Positions 13,319-23,899 of a stretch of 64,000 nucleotides of DNA are shown one piece after another. Location of the stretch: positions 1,216,001 to 1,280,000 of the forward strand of contig CAVWCF010000001.1 in NCBI GenBank assembly GCA_963753435.1, in the 5' to 3' direction. The notes under the pieces were generated by a model. The model was not told where the DNA came from. It was given only the letters and a program-made list of their open reading frames with translations, and made no database searches. This DNA comes from an uncultured Actinomycetota bacterium. Lineage in GTDB: Bacteria; Actinomycetota; Actinomycetes; CAVWCF01. Position 1 is the first letter of the stretch; each line of letters opens with the position of its first letter. The translations under genes and the position numbers were made by a program.

Positions 13319-14074
13319 TCAGTGGTTGCGGTCGTGGATCAGCCGCAGGCCGATCAGGGTGAGATCCGGCTCGTGCGCCGTGATGGTCTCCGACTCCGCC
13401 AGGACCAGGCTGGCCAGTCCCCCGGTCGCCACCACCGCGGTGACCTCGCCGAGTTCGGCGGTGATGCGCCGCACCAGCCCGTCCACCTGCCCGGCGAAGC
13501 CGTAGAGCGCACCGGACTGCAGCGCTTCCACGGTGTTCTTGCCGATCGCCGCGCGCGGGCGCACCAACTCGACCTTGCGCAACTGTGCGGCCCGCGACGC
13601 CAAGGCGTCCAAAGAGATCTCGATGCCCGGCGCCAGCGCACCGCCGAGAAACTCCCCGTTGGCGCTGACTGCGTCCAGGTTCGTGGAAGTGCCGAAGTCC
13701 ACGACGATGCAGGGACCGCCGAACAGCGCGTGCGCAGCAAGCGTGTTCACGATGCGGTCAGCACCCACCTCGCGCGGGTTGTCGGTCAGGACCGGCACCC
13801 CGGTCTTGGTTCCGGGCTCGACGATCACCGAGGTCGCCGACGCGTAGTCGGTGGCCAGCACTGCGCGCATCTCGTGCAGCACCGCCGGCACGGTCGAACA
13901 AAGCGCGACTCCCGTGGGAGTTGGCTCGTTCACGAAGAGGCCGCGCATCAGGAACGCCCACTCATCCGCGGTGCGGCGGGAGTCGGTCTTGACCCGCCAC
14001 GCCCGGTCCAAGCGGTCCCCGTCGAAGAAGCCGAACACCGTCTGGGTGTTGCCGACGTCGATGGCGAGCAGCAT
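13319..14074 (-). CDS. coaX: Type III pantothenate kinase
   Basis: LLAIDVGNT, VGADR, VVDFGT. Confidence 0.95.
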   Translation of the reverse strand: MLLAIDVGNTQTVFGFFDGDRLDRAWRVKTDSRRTADEWAFLMRGLFVNEPTPTGVALCSTVPAVLHEMRAVLATDYASATSVIVEPGTKTGVPVLTDNPREVGADRIVNTLAAHALFGGPCIVVDFGTSTNLDAVSANGEFLGGALAPGIEISLDALASRAAQLRKVELVRPRAAIGKNTVEALQSGALYGFAGQVDGLVRRITAELGEVTAVVATGGLASLVLAESETITAHEPDLTLIGLRLIHDRNH

Positions 14075-14977
14075 CACGCCTCCTGTCGTTGCGAGCCGGC
14101 GATGTCCAGGTCCATCGCGATGTCCAGAACTGGCGCCGAGTGGGTCAACGCACCAACGGCCAGGTAATCCACGCCGGTGGCCGCGTAGTCGTGCGCCACC
14201 GCCAACGTGAGACCGCCGCTGGACTCCAACCGGGCCGCGCCCGCGACGCGCCGCACGGCTTCGGCGGTGTCGGGCACCGAGAAGTTGTCCAGCAGGATCA
14301 GGTCGGCGCCGGCGGCCAGGACCGCGTCCAGTTGCTCCAGCGAATCGACCTCCACCTCCAGCGGTAGGTCCGGGAACTGTGCGCGAACCGCATCGAAGGC
14401 GGCCACGACGCCACCGGCTGCGAGGACGTGGTTGTCCTTGATGAGCGCGGCGTCGGCCAGGGACATCCGGTGGTTGACGCCACCGCCGCAGCGAACCGCG
14501 TACTTCTCCAACGCGCGCAGCCCCGGGGTGGTCTTGCGGGTGTCGCGCACGGCGGCACCGGTGTCGGCGATCGCGTCGACCCACCGAGCCGTCAGCGTCG
14601 CGACGCCGGACAGAGTGGCAGAGCAGGTTCAGCGCAGTGCGCTCACCGGCCAGCAACGCGCGCGTCGGGCCGGCCACGGTCAGAACGATCTCGCCGCGCT
14701 GCACGAGGTCGCCGTCGCGGGCCCGGGCGAGGATCTGCAGGTCGCCGGCGGTGGCCACGTGCAGTACCGCCTCGGCGATCGGCAGGCCGGCCAGCACGCC
14801 TTCACCGCGCACCACGAAGTCGGCCACCGACCGCGCATCCGCCGCGATCGTTGCCATCGAGGTCACGTCACCACCGGCCGCGTCCTCCGCCAAGGCGCCC
14901 ACGGCAACCCCAGCCACATCGCTCGGGTCCAGCCCCGCCTGCAGCAACTGGGCAGTGATCTGTTCGGGCAAATTCAT
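14074..14977 (-). CDS. nadC: Quinolinate phosphoribosyltransferase, +1 frameshift at ~14614
   Basis: ERTALNLLCH in one frame, LSGVAT..DTRKTTPG..KDNH..EVEVD in the next; removing one base restores the frame. Confidence 0.9.
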
Positions 14978-16665
14978 CGGATGTCCTGATCTGCGACGGG
15001 TTCCGAACGCACCGACAACGCGCCCTTGGCGTCCATGGTCTGCACCAACCGGACCCGCCAGACGTCGTCGTCGCGGTCGGGGTAGTCCTCACGCCAGTGA
15101 CTGCCTCGCGTCTCGGTCCGCAGTCGCGCCGCGCCGGCCAACCCCGCCGCCACCGTGGCCAGATTCGCGGCTTCCCAGCAGTCGGTACACGGATCCGCAT
15201 CCGCGTCATGGGCCACGACGTCACCGATGACGCTGAGGGTTTCCGCAAGGCTGTCGTCCGAACGCAGCACGCCGGCTCCCGCCGTCATCGCGCCCGTCAG
15301 TGTTCGCCGAGCGCGCGCCGGCACCAGCCCCTGGTGGTTCTCCAGACCGCGGGACTCTGATTGCGGCGGCAGTCCGGCATCCAGCGCCCGGCCGACCCGA
15401 GCAGCGAACACCAGGCCCTCCAACAGCGAGTTGCTGGCCAAGCGGTTGGCGCCGTGCACACCAGTGCACGCGACCTCGCCGACCGCGTAGAGGCCGCGAA
15501 CGCTGGTGCGGCCGTCGAGGTCGGTGCGCACGCCGCCGGAGGCGAAGTGGCAGGCGGGCGCCACCGGAATCAGGTCGCGCACGGGGTCCAGACCCTGACC
15601 GGCAAGCGTCTCCAGGATCGTCGGGAACCGGCGCGACCAGGTTTCGACACCAAGGTGGCGGCCGTCCAGCCAAACATGCGTTGAGTCGGTCGAACGCATC
15701 CGCCGGGTGATCGCCTTCGCGACCACATCGCGGGGGGCCAGATCCGCGAGCTCGTGCTGGTCGAGCATGAACCGGACCCCGGCGTCGTCCACCAGGAACG
15801 CGCCCTCGCCACGAACGGCCTCGGAGATCAGCGGCTGCTGCCCGGAGGATTCCGGGCCCAGGTACATGACCGTCGGGTGGAACTGCACGAACTCCAGATC
15901 GGCCACGTCGGCACCGGCCCGCAAGGCGACTGCGACCCCGTCCCCGGTGGCAACCGGCGGGTTCGTCGTCTGGCTGTAGACCTGCCCCATCCCCCCGGTC
16001 GCCAGGATGACCGCGCGGGACCGCACCGAACCGACACCGTCTCGTTGTCCTTCGCCGATCACGTGCAAAGTCGCCCCGGTGACCGCACCATCGGCGCCGG
16101 TGAGCAGGTCCAGGACCAGCGCGTGCTCGATCACCTCGATGCCGGGGTCGGCCCGCACCGCCGCCACCAGCGCCCGCGACACCTCCGCCCCGGTCGCGTC
16201 GCCGCCGGCGTGCGCGATGCGATCGCGCAGATGACCGCCTTCGCGAGTCAACTGCAGCGTGCCGTCCGGGTCCCGATCGAAGGCCGCACCGAGTGCGATG
16301 AGGTCGGCAAGCGCCCCCGGTCCTTCGGTGACCAGAACCCGAACCGCCTCCGGATCACACAAGCCGGCACCGGCCACCAGGGTGTCGCGCAAGTGGTCAT
16401 CAGGGGTGTCTCCTGGGCCAACCGCAGCTGCGATGCCGCCCTGCGCCCAACGGGTTGATCCCGCCTCCAGCAGCGCCTTGGTGACCAGCAGCACCGTGCC
16501 GGACCGGCGAGCATGCAGGGCCGCGGTGAGCCCGGCTATCCCCGACCCGACCACGACAACGTCGGCTCGCGCCTCCCATCCGGGCGGCGCTGCCGCAAGC
16601 CGCCTCGGCAAGGGCGCAATGACGCCGTCGGATGCGCGGATCGAGTGCTCCGCCGCGAGGGTCAC
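14974..16665 (-). CDS. nadB: L-aspartate oxidase
   Basis: GSGIAG, WAQGGIAA, QFHPT, GVHGANRLASNSL; start uncertain. Confidence 0.95.
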   Translation of the reverse strand: MTLAAEHSIRASDGVIAPLPRRLAAAPPGWEARADVVVVGSGIAGLTAALHARRSGTVLLVTKALLEAGSTRWAQGGIAAAVGPGDTPDDHLRDTLVAGAGLCDPEAVRVLVTEGPGALADLIALGAAFDRDPDGTLQLTREGGHLRDRIAHAGGDATGAEVSRALVAAVRADPGIEVIEHALVLDLLTGADGAVTGATLHVIGEGQRDGVGSVRSRAVILATGGMGQVYSQTTNPPVATGDGVAVALRAGADVADLEFVQFHPTVMYLGPESSGQQPLISEAVRGEGAFLVDDAGVRFMLDQHELADLAPRDVVAKAITRRMRSTDSTHVWLDGRHLGVETWSRRFPTILETLAGQGLDPVRDLIPVAPACHFASGGVRTDLDGRTSVRGLYAVGEVACTGVHGANRLASNSLLEGLVFAARVGRALDAGLPPQSESRGLENHQGLVPARARRTLTGAMTAGAGVLRSDDSLAETLSVIGDVVAHDADADPCTDCWEAANLATVAAGLAGAARLRTETRGSHWREDYPDRDDDVWRVRLVQTMDAKGALSVRSEPVADQDIR

Positions 16666-16672
16666 TGGGAGG

Positions 16673-17542
16673 TCATAGCACGATCGGGACGTTGTCGAGC
16701 AGCCGAACGCCACGAACCTGCGCAGCGACCATCAGCACGGCTGCGCCGGAGTGATCCGGGTTCACCGGCTCAAAGGAGTCGGCATCGACGAGCGCCAGGT
16801 AGTCCAGCGCCGCGCGCGGCTCACCGGACAACTCCGCACGGGCTGCGGCCAAGACGGCCGCCGGGCCGTCAACTGCCGCGGCCGCTCCGGCGAACAGCGC
16901 TCGCGACAGCACCAGCGCTTGCTCGCGCCCGTCGGAATCGAGATGAGCGTTGCGCGAACTCAGCGCCAGGCCATCCGGCTCGCGCACGGTCGGCACGCCG
17001 ACGATGTGCACCGGCAGGTCCAGATCTCCAACCAGGCGCCGGATCAACGCCAGTTGCTGCGCATCCTTCTCACCGAACACGGCGACGTCGGGCCCGATGA
17101 GGTTGAACAGCTTCGCGACCACGGTCAGGACCCCGTCGAAGTGGCCTGGCCGGGACGCCCCCTCGTAGGTGGTGCCCAGGTCGCCGGCGCTGACGGTGAT
17201 CGCCTGACCGGACCGGCCCTCGGGGTACATCACCTGCTCGGTGGGCGCGAAGACCAGGTCCACGCCCTCCTCCTGGGCAACGATCAGGTCGGCGTCCAGA
17301 GTCCGCGGGTAGGTGTCGAGGTCCTCCCCCGACCCGAACTGCAGCGGGTTCACGAAGATGCTGAGCACCACGACGTCGCCGAGTTCGCGAGCCTGCCGCA
17401 ACAGTGCGCGGTGACCGTCGTGCAGCGCGCCCATCGTCGGCACGAACGCAACAGTGGCCGACTGCGACCGCAGCGCGGCCAACCCCTTGGCCAGTTCGCC
17501 ACGGGTGCGCACCACGACTGGGGTGGTGACGGTCCGGCTCAT
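16673..17542 (-). CDS. panC: Pantoate--beta-alanine ligase
   Basis: VPTMGALHDGH, FVNPLQF, FGEKD, LALSSRN. Confidence 0.97.
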   Translation of the reverse strand: MSRTVTTPVVVRTRGELAKGLAALRSQSATVAFVPTMGALHDGHRALLRQARELGDVVVLSIFVNPLQFGSGEDLDTYPRTLDADLIVAQEEGVDLVFAPTEQVMYPEGRSGQAITVSAGDLGTTYEGASRPGHFDGVLTVVAKLFNLIGPDVAVFGEKDAQQLALIRRLVGDLDLPVHIVGVPTVREPDGLALSSRNAHLDSDGREQALVLSRALFAGAAAAVDGPAAVLAAARAELSGEPRAALDYLALVDADSFEPVNPDHSGAAVLMVAAQVRGVRLLDNVPIVL

Positions 17543-18441
17543 TGCAGCTCCCCACCGATCTCCGCGGACGTTGCGAGCGCCCCAAGTAGTTCCGCCGCAT
17601 CGCCTGGCCGCAGTCGCCGATCCGCCAACGCGCGATCCGCGGTCGCGCGAGCCAGTGCCACATAGGCGGCCGCGGTGCCGGGCTCGTGCGCCGACAGCGC
17701 CTCGACGTGAGCGCGCACGGTGCGCGCGTCACCGCGAGCGACTGGCCCGGTGAGGGCGGCGTCGCCGACGCGCAGTGTGTTGTCAGCGGCCGCGGTGACC
17801 AGCGGCCGCAACAGCCGCTCCGGCTGGGCGACTCCGGCCGCACGCAGCGCGTCCATCGCCTGCGCGATCACGGTCACCAAGTGATTCGAGCCATGCGCCA
17901 ATGCCGCGTGGTACAGAACTCTGGACTCTTCGGCAACCCACTGCGGTTCGGCGCCCATCTCCACCACCAGCGCCTCAGCGACCGGACGCAGCGCCTCCGG
18001 CGCGGTGACCCCGAAGCAGGCTCCCGACAGTCGGCCCAGATCCAGGGAAGTGCCGGTGAAGGTCATGGCCGGGTGCAGTGCCAGCGGCAGAGCGCCCGCC
18101 TGGGTCGCCGGCGACAGGATGGCTGTGCCGTAGCGACCGGAGGTGTGGGCCACGAACGTGCCCGGCGCGATGGCGCCGGTGTTGGCCAGACCGGCCACCA
18201 GTTCCGCAAGCGCGTCGTCGGGTACGGCCAGCAGCAGCAGGTTCGCGCGGGCGGCGACCTCGGGTGGGGGGAGGATCTGCGCGTCGGGCAGGAGCGCCTC
18301 GGCCCGGTCCCGCGACGCGTCTGAAACCGCGGAAACCGCTACGACCCGATGACCGGCGGCGGCGAGCGCGGCGCCGAGCACCGAGCCGGCGCGACCCGCC
18401 GAGATGACCCCGACGTCGAGCCGGGCGTGACCGCTGTTCAT
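17539..18441 (-). CDS. Rossmann-like + DUF2520 protein (PanG-like)
   Basis: SAGRAG, LHPAMTF, YHAAL..SNHL, TGPVARGD; coupled to panC. Confidence 0.85.
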   Translation of the reverse strand: MNSGHARLDVGVISAGRAGSVLGAALAAAGHRVVAVSAVSDASRDRAEALLPDAQILPPPEVAARANLLLLAVPDDALAELVAGLANTGAIAPGTFVAHTSGRYGTAILSPATQAGALPLALHPAMTFTGTSLDLGRLSGACFGVTAPEALRPVAEALVVEMGAEPQWVAEESRVLYHAALAHGSNHLVTVIAQAMDALRAAGVAQPERLLRPLVTAAADNTLRVGDAALTGPVARGDARTVRAHVEALSAHEPGTAAAYVALARATADRALADRRLRPGDAAELLGALATSAEIGGELQ

Positions 18442-18585
18442 TGCCGCTCCTCGCTCCAGTCCACTGGGGTACCGGTCGGTTGAGGCTGCGCCAAGCCTAA
18501 CCGGTGCGGCTGGGATCTGGCTGGCGCGGCCGGGGCCTACCCGCCCACGCTCCCCGCCAAACCGGCCGGGTGTTGGACTAGCCCC

Positions 18586-19558
18586 GTGCGCACGTGGCGA
18601 CAGGCCTGGCAGGAATCGGTGTACGGCGCCGGCGGCTGGGCGCACTCCGCCCTCGGCCCGGCTGGTGCGTTCCGGACGTCAGCCCACAGCCGGGCTTTCG
18701 CCCGTGCGGCCGCGGCGGCGCTCAGCCGCGTCGACACCGCACTTGGTACATCCGTCCACCTTGGACTTCGTAGACATGGGCGCGGGCAGGGGAGAGCTAG
18801 CGGCGGGGGTCGTGGCCGAGTTGCCGGCTGCGCTGGCCGACCGGGTGCGCGCGGTCGGAGTCGATTTGGCGGATCGACCAACCGGACTGCCGGCAAGCAT
18901 CGAGTGGCGGGACGAGCCACCGGACTCGATCCAGGGCCTGGTGATCGCCAACGAGTGGCTGGATGACGTGCCGGTCGAAGTGGTGCAGCGAACCAGCGAC
19001 GGGGACCGGATCGTCCTGGTCGATGAGCAGGGGAACGAAACGCTCGGGCCCGAGGCCGTTGCCGAAGCGGACTGGTTGCAGCGGTGGTGGCCGCTGGCCG
19101 TCGGCGAAAGAGCCGAAGTGGGTGCGCCGCGCGACGAGGCTTGGGCCGACCTTGCCGGTCGGGTGACCGCCGGCTACGCCATCGCCATCGACTACGGGCA
19201 CGTCCGCGGCGAGCGACCCACGAACGGGTCGCTCGTGGGCTACCTCGCCGGGCGACAGGTGCGCCCGGTTCCGGACGGCAGCATGAACCTGACGGCGCAC
19301 GTCGCGATCGACTCGGTGGCCGACGCCGGGCAGCGGCGCGGTCTGAAGACCAGTTGGGTCGGCTCGCAGCGGGACGCCCTGGCCGAGCTGGGCATGCTCG
19401 GCGACCGACCACCGCTGGGTCAGGCCAAGTCCGACCCCGTCGGCTACGTCCGAGCACTCGCCGAGGCCGGGGAACGTGCCGATCTGCGCAACCCCGATGG
19501 CCTGGGCGCGTTCACCTGGTTGGTGCAGTCCAGCGACGGACTGGCGCCGCTGTTCTAA
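18586..19558 (+). CDS. MidA/NDUFAF7-like SAM-dependent methyltransferase, +1 frameshift at ~18748
   Basis: AWQESVYG..FRTS in one frame, DMGAGRG..ANEWLDDVP..IDYG..LTAHV in the next. Confidence 0.85.
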
Positions 19559-20736
19559 CCCCGCACGGGGACGCTGGTGAAGCCGCGCAGCACGAACGTC
19601 GGCCGGGCGCTTGGTGAATCCGCCAACTCCAAGCCACTGAAGCGCTCCAGCAGCAACTCCAACGACGTCTGCATCTCGGCGCGGGCCAGTGGCGCACCGA
19701 GGCAGAAGTGGATCCCGGCGCCGAAGGCCAGGTGCGGGTTCGGATCGCGGGCCACGTCGAACTCGTCGGCGTCGGCGAACACCTCCGGGTCGCGGTTGGC
19801 CGACCCGAGCAGCGCCGCGATCTTCTCCCCCGCTCGCACTGTCACCCCGGCGACTTCGACATCGACCTTGGCGGTGCGTTCGAAAAGATGCAGCGGCGAG
19901 TCGAAGCGAAGCATCTCCTCCACCGCAGTCGGCACGAGTGTCGGTGTGGCCAGCAACCGCTCCCACTGCGCGCGCCGTTGCAGTAGCGGCACCAGGCCGT
20001 TTCCGAAGCCGTTGACGCTGGCCTCATGGCCGGCGTTGAGCAGCAGCACCGCGGTGGCCACGAGCTCGCTCTCCGACAGCCGGTCGCTGCCGTCGCGTAC
20101 CTGCACCAGTCGGGTCAGCAGATCGTCGCCGGGGTGCTGGGCCCGGTGCTGTGCCAACTCGGCCACGAAGCCGGCGAACTCATCCGCCGCTACCTGGGCC
20201 TCCGCCTGCTGCTGCGGAGTCGTGGCGTACTCGTACATCTTCACGATCGACTGGCTCCACGGCCGCAACGACGAGCGCTCCGCCTCCGGCACGCCGAGCA
20301 AGTCGGCAATGACCAGCACGGGCAGGGGCTCGGCCAAAGCGGCGATGATGTCGAACGGCTCGCCCGGGTCGACCTGATCGAGTAGTTGCTGGGCCTGCCG
20401 GCGGATCGCCGGCCGCAGGGCCTCGACATGGGCGCGCGTGAACGCCTTGGCGACCAGCGAGCGCAGGCGCGTGTGCTTGGGCGGCTCGCTGTCGAGGATC
20501 GATTCGGAGTGCAGCGAATTGAACGTCTCCCACTCCGGACCGGGCCGGGCGATGAACACACGCCCAAGCCCACGATGCCGAAGGACGGCATCGACGTCGG
20601 CGTGCCGGCTGGCCAGCCACATGTTCAGTTCGGGATGCCACAGCGCGCGACCGGCTGCGCGCAACTCGGCGAACGCTGGGTACGGGTCGGCGACGAAGTC
20701 TGCGTCGTTCAGATCGAAGGCGGCAACGGCGGTCAC
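19555..20736 (-). CDS. Cytochrome P450
   Basis: AGHEAS I-helix, EEMLR, FGAGIHFCLG heme motif. Confidence 0.95.
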   Translation of the reverse strand: MTAVAAFDLNDADFVADPYPAFAELRAAGRALWHPELNMWLASRHADVDAVLRHRGLGRVFIARPGPEWETFNSLHSESILDSEPPKHTRLRSLVAKAFTRAHVEALRPAIRRQAQQLLDQVDPGEPFDIIAALAEPLPVLVIADLLGVPEAERSSLRPWSQSIVKMYEYATTPQQQAEAQVAADEFAGFVAELAQHRAQHPGDDLLTRLVQVRDGSDRLSESELVATAVLLLNAGHEASVNGFGNGLVPLLQRRAQWERLLATPTLVPTAVEEMLRFDSPLHLFERTAKVDVEVAGVTVRAGEKIAALLGSANRDPEVFADADEFDVARDPNPHLAFGAGIHFCLGAPLARAEMQTSLELLLERFSGLELADSPSARPTFVLRGFTSVPVRG

Positions 20737-22100
20737 TGTTGCTCCGCCCCGGCCGCCGGGTCCGGCTTCGGACGCATCCAGTGCTCCGGCGCAGAGGCGT
20801 TTCGAGCCGCTCGCGCCAGTTGGACCTGCTCCTCGGCCAACTCGCGGACGGTTTCGACCGATCGCTGCCGGGCCGAGGTGTCCACCGGTCCGGGTGTGGA
20901 ATCCACGTGGACGCTGGCCAGTGACAACGCCCGCTGCCACGGGCCCTGCGTGATGCGGACGCTCTGGGTCCGGGCGTGCGGAACCAGGGCGATGCGTTGG
21001 GTCAACCAACCCGACCTCGACGCGAAGACCAACGGGTCCTGCCCGACAGCCAGCCGGCGTGCCTGCAATGGCGCCCGCCAGCGGGCCGCCTCGGGGGCGG
21101 CGATCAACGGCAACGACTCCACGTCGACGCCAACGAGGATCCGGCTGAGCACTGCGCGGGCCTCAGCTGCATCGGCCACCGGCAACAGGACTCCGCCGCT
21201 GCTGTTCTGCTCGCCGACGACGCCGGCCACGTTGACGCTCACGCGAACCCAGCCGCGCGGCCGCCAAAGCAGCGGCTGCTCCAGTTGGACCGCCTGGACT
21301 CGCCCCGGCGGGACGGTGCGAGCTTGCGTCGTCAGCAGGCCGTGGCGCAGCCGTAGGCCATCGGGGCTCTCGGCGATGGTGAACCCGTAGAACGTCAAGA
21401 ACCGCCCGATCGTGCCGGCAGAAACGGCGAACCCACCGACCAGCACCCCAAACAGCGCGGCCCACTGCCCGGTCACAAAGACGACTCCGATCGCCACGAT
21501 CGCAATCAACGTGCCGACCACCAGGCCGATGTCGAGCAGCGACGACAGCACCAGGGCCCCGTCACGCACGCGCAGCAGCGGTCGCTCAGGGGCCTCCGGG
21601 GCGGGGGCGGTCCCGTCGGTGCGGATGCCCGCAGCCCGGGCCAACAGTTCGGCCCGCATCTGGCGGGCCTGCGGTTCAGCCAAGAAGCGCAGCGGTCGGT
21701 TGCTGCCCGCGCCGCCGGCCATCTCAGGGCGCACCTCAGCCAGCCCCACCAGGCGTGCGATCAGCGGCTGCACGACCTCAACGGACTGCAGCCGGGACAA
21801 CTGCACCCGTCGCTCGGTGCGCTGCAACAGGCCGGACGCGATTCGCAGGTCCCCGTCGGCGTCGAACCAGTAGGTGGTGCGCCACCAAGACACCCAAGCC
21901 GCGGCCAGCCCGAGCAGCACGAACAACATCACGGCCACGAACACGGGCTGACCGAGCGCGTCGCCGAACACAAACCCGGCGCCGATTGCGGCCACGGCGA
22001 CGCGGTCCAGGGAGGCGATGGGAGTCAGCGGATGGGTTCGCTGCGGCAGGGTCTCCTGCAGCGCCACCGCCGACGGCGGTTCGTACGGTTGCTGCGTCAC
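20733..22100 (-). CDS. bPH_2 domain membrane protein (YdbT-like)
   Basis: TM pairs with three bPH-like segments (RLQSVEVVQP, RVQAVQLEQP, RTQSVRITQGP). Confidence 0.85.
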   Translation of the reverse strand: MTQQPYEPPSAVALQETLPQRTHPLTPIASLDRVAVAAIGAGFVFGDALGQPVFVAVMLFVLLGLAAAWVSWWRTTYWFDADGDLRIASGLLQRTERRVQLSRLQSVEVVQPLIARLVGLAEVRPEMAGGAGSNRPLRFLAEPQARQMRAELLARAAGIRTDGTAPAPEAPERPLLRVRDGALVLSSLLDIGLVVGTLIAIVAIGVVFVTGQWAALFGVLVGGFAVSAGTIGRFLTFYGFTIAESPDGLRLRHGLLTTQARTVPPGRVQAVQLEQPLLWRPRGWVRVSVNVAGVVGEQNSSGGVLLPVADAAEARAVLSRILVGVDVESLPLIAAPEAARWRAPLQARRLAVGQDPLVFASRSGWLTQRIALVPHARTQSVRITQGPWQRALSLASVHVDSTPGPVDTSARQRSVETVRELAEEQVQLARAARNASAPEHWMRPKPDPAAGAEQQ

Positions 22101-22582
22101 AGGCCGCTGGACCTGGCTTCGCCCAGTGCGGCGAGTCGATCGCGCAGCGCGCCGGCGACGTCCTTGGGCAGGCCGGGGATGACTGCATCGGTGGTGGCGG
22201 CCGCTGTGTGCAACTGGAGTCGAGCCAACCCAAAGGATCGGTCCAGAGGACCGGCGTCGACGTCGACCAGTTGCATGCGGCCGTACGGCACGATGACTAG
22301 GCGTTTGAAAGCGATGCCGTGAGTGACCAACAAGTCGTCGGCGCGTTCGGCGTAACCAAGCGCCCGAACCTGGCGACCGATGAGCCACCAGGACCACGAC
22401 ATGAGCGCCACACCGATGACAGCGGCCAAGGCCGACCACAACGGTGCCAAGAACCAGCCCGCAACAGCGAAGGCGGCCGTCAGGATCGCCAGCAGCGAGA
22501 TAGACACCAACCGCCGAACCGTCGCGAGCTTCGGCGAGACCCGCTGCCAGCCGGACTCCGGCGGCGCGAAGGCGTCACTCAT
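22097..22582 (-). CDS. bPH_2 domain membrane protein (YdbS-like)
   Basis: [22 protein letters not shown]. Confidence 0.85.
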   Translation of the reverse strand: MSDAFAPPESGWQRVSPKLATVRRLVSISLLAILTAAFAVAGWFLAPLWSALAAVIGVALMSWSWWLIGRQVRALGYAERADDLLVTHGIAFKRLVIVPYGRMQLVDVDAGPLDRSFGLARLQLHTAAATTDAVIPGLPKDVAGALRDRLAALGEARSSGL

Positions 22583-22720
22583 GCGGTCAGCGTATGCCAG
22601 CGCACGCACCCGATCGTTCGCTACGGTCCAGCGCGGATCGGGAGGTTGCCGTGGACCGATTCGGCGTCTTCGTTGCCGCAGTGCCAGACGCTTCGTGACA
22701 ACGTCTGCCAAGATCGCCGC

Positions 22721-23866
22721 GTGAGCGCGCGGGAGATGATGGTCGCCACCGGCGACCTGGCCACCGCGGACATGGTGCTGAACATCGGTCCGCAGCACCC
22801 GGCGACCCACGGCGTGCTGCGGCTGCGGCTGCGCCTCGACGGCGAACGGATCGTGCACGCGGAACCGGTCATCGGCTACATGCACCGGGGCGCGGAGAAG
22901 CTGTTCGAAGTCCGCGACTACCGACAGATCATCGTTCTGGCCAACCGGCATGACTGGCTCAGCGCCTTCAGCAACGAACTAGGCGTGGTCCTCGCCGCCG
23001 AACGGATGCTGGGCATGGAGGTTCCGGAGCGGGCGGTCTGGATCCGCACGCTGATGGCGGAGTTGAACCGGGTCCTGAACCACTTGGTCTTCCTCGGCTC
23101 GTACCCGCTGGAAGTCGGGGCCATCACTCCGGTCTTCTACGCCTTCCGGGAACGGGAGACGCTGCAGGCCGTCATGGAGGAACTGTCCGGCGGCCGCATG
23201 CACTACATGTTCAACCGCGTCGGCGGCCTGAAGGAGGACCTGCCCGCAGGGTGGCTCGGGCGCGCCCAGGAGGCGGTCAACGCCGTGCGGCGGCGGCTGC
23301 CGGACCTGACGGGACTGCTGCTCGGGTCGCCGATATTCGCGGCCAGAACGCAAGGCGTCGGGGTGTTGTCGCCTGAGCAGATCATGTCCTACGGCGTGAG
23401 CGGACCGATCGCCCGAGCCTCGGGCGTGGAGATGGACCTGCGCCGGGACGAGCCGTACCTGGCCTACGGCCAGCTGCAGGACGTGCTGCGGATCCCGACC
23501 CGCACGGCCGGGGACTGCTTTGCCCGGTTCGAGGTCCTGGTCGAACAGGTGGACGTCTCCTTGGACCTCGCCGACGCTTGCCTGGATCGACTGCGGTCAT
23601 TGCCGCAGGGCCCGGTCAACCAGCGGCTGCCGAAGGTGCTGAAGGTGCCGGAGGGACACACGTACGCCTGGACCGAAAACCCGTTGGGAATCAACGGCTA
23701 CTACCTGGTGTCCCGGGGCGAGAAGACGCCGTGGCGGCTGAAGTTGCGGTCGGCTTCGTTCAACAACGTGCAGGTGCTCTCGGAGATGCTCCCCGGTCAG
23801 TTGGTGGCCGACATGGTCGCGATCCTCGGGTCGATGTTCTTCGTGGTCGGCGACGTCGACAAGTAG
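22721..23866 (+). CDS. nuoD: Stand-alone NADH-quinone oxidoreductase subunit D paralog
   Basis: [36 protein letters not shown]; no other nuo genes in the window. Confidence 0.92.
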   Translation: MSAREMMVATGDLATADMVLNIGPQHPATHGVLRLRLRLDGERIVHAEPVIGYMHRGAEKLFEVRDYRQIIVLANRHDWLSAFSNELGVVLAAERMLGMEVPERAVWIRTLMAELNRVLNHLVFLGSYPLEVGAITPVFYAFRERETLQAVMEELSGGRMHYMFNRVGGLKEDLPAGWLGRAQEAVNAVRRRLPDLTGLLLGSPIFAARTQGVGVLSPEQIMSYGVSGPIARASGVEMDLRRDEPYLAYGQLQDVLRIPTRTAGDCFARFEVLVEQVDVSLDLADACLDRLRSLPQGPVNQRLPKVLKVPEGHTYAWTENPLGINGYYLVSRGEKTPWRLKLRSASFNNVQVLSEMLPGQLVADMVAILGSMFFVVGDVDK

Positions 23867-23899
23867 CCGGTCGCAGTTCGACCCCGCGACGGGATGCGG

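Noticed and set aside
14600-14630. Programmed ribosomal frameshifting in nadC and the other split genes
   Set aside because: No slippery sequence or stimulatory structure seen; five same-direction events fit sequencing error better.
13319-14977. Apparent 552-aa NadC-CoaX fusion ORF
   Set aside because: Created by the +1 base at ~14614; the middle is out-of-frame nadC sequence.
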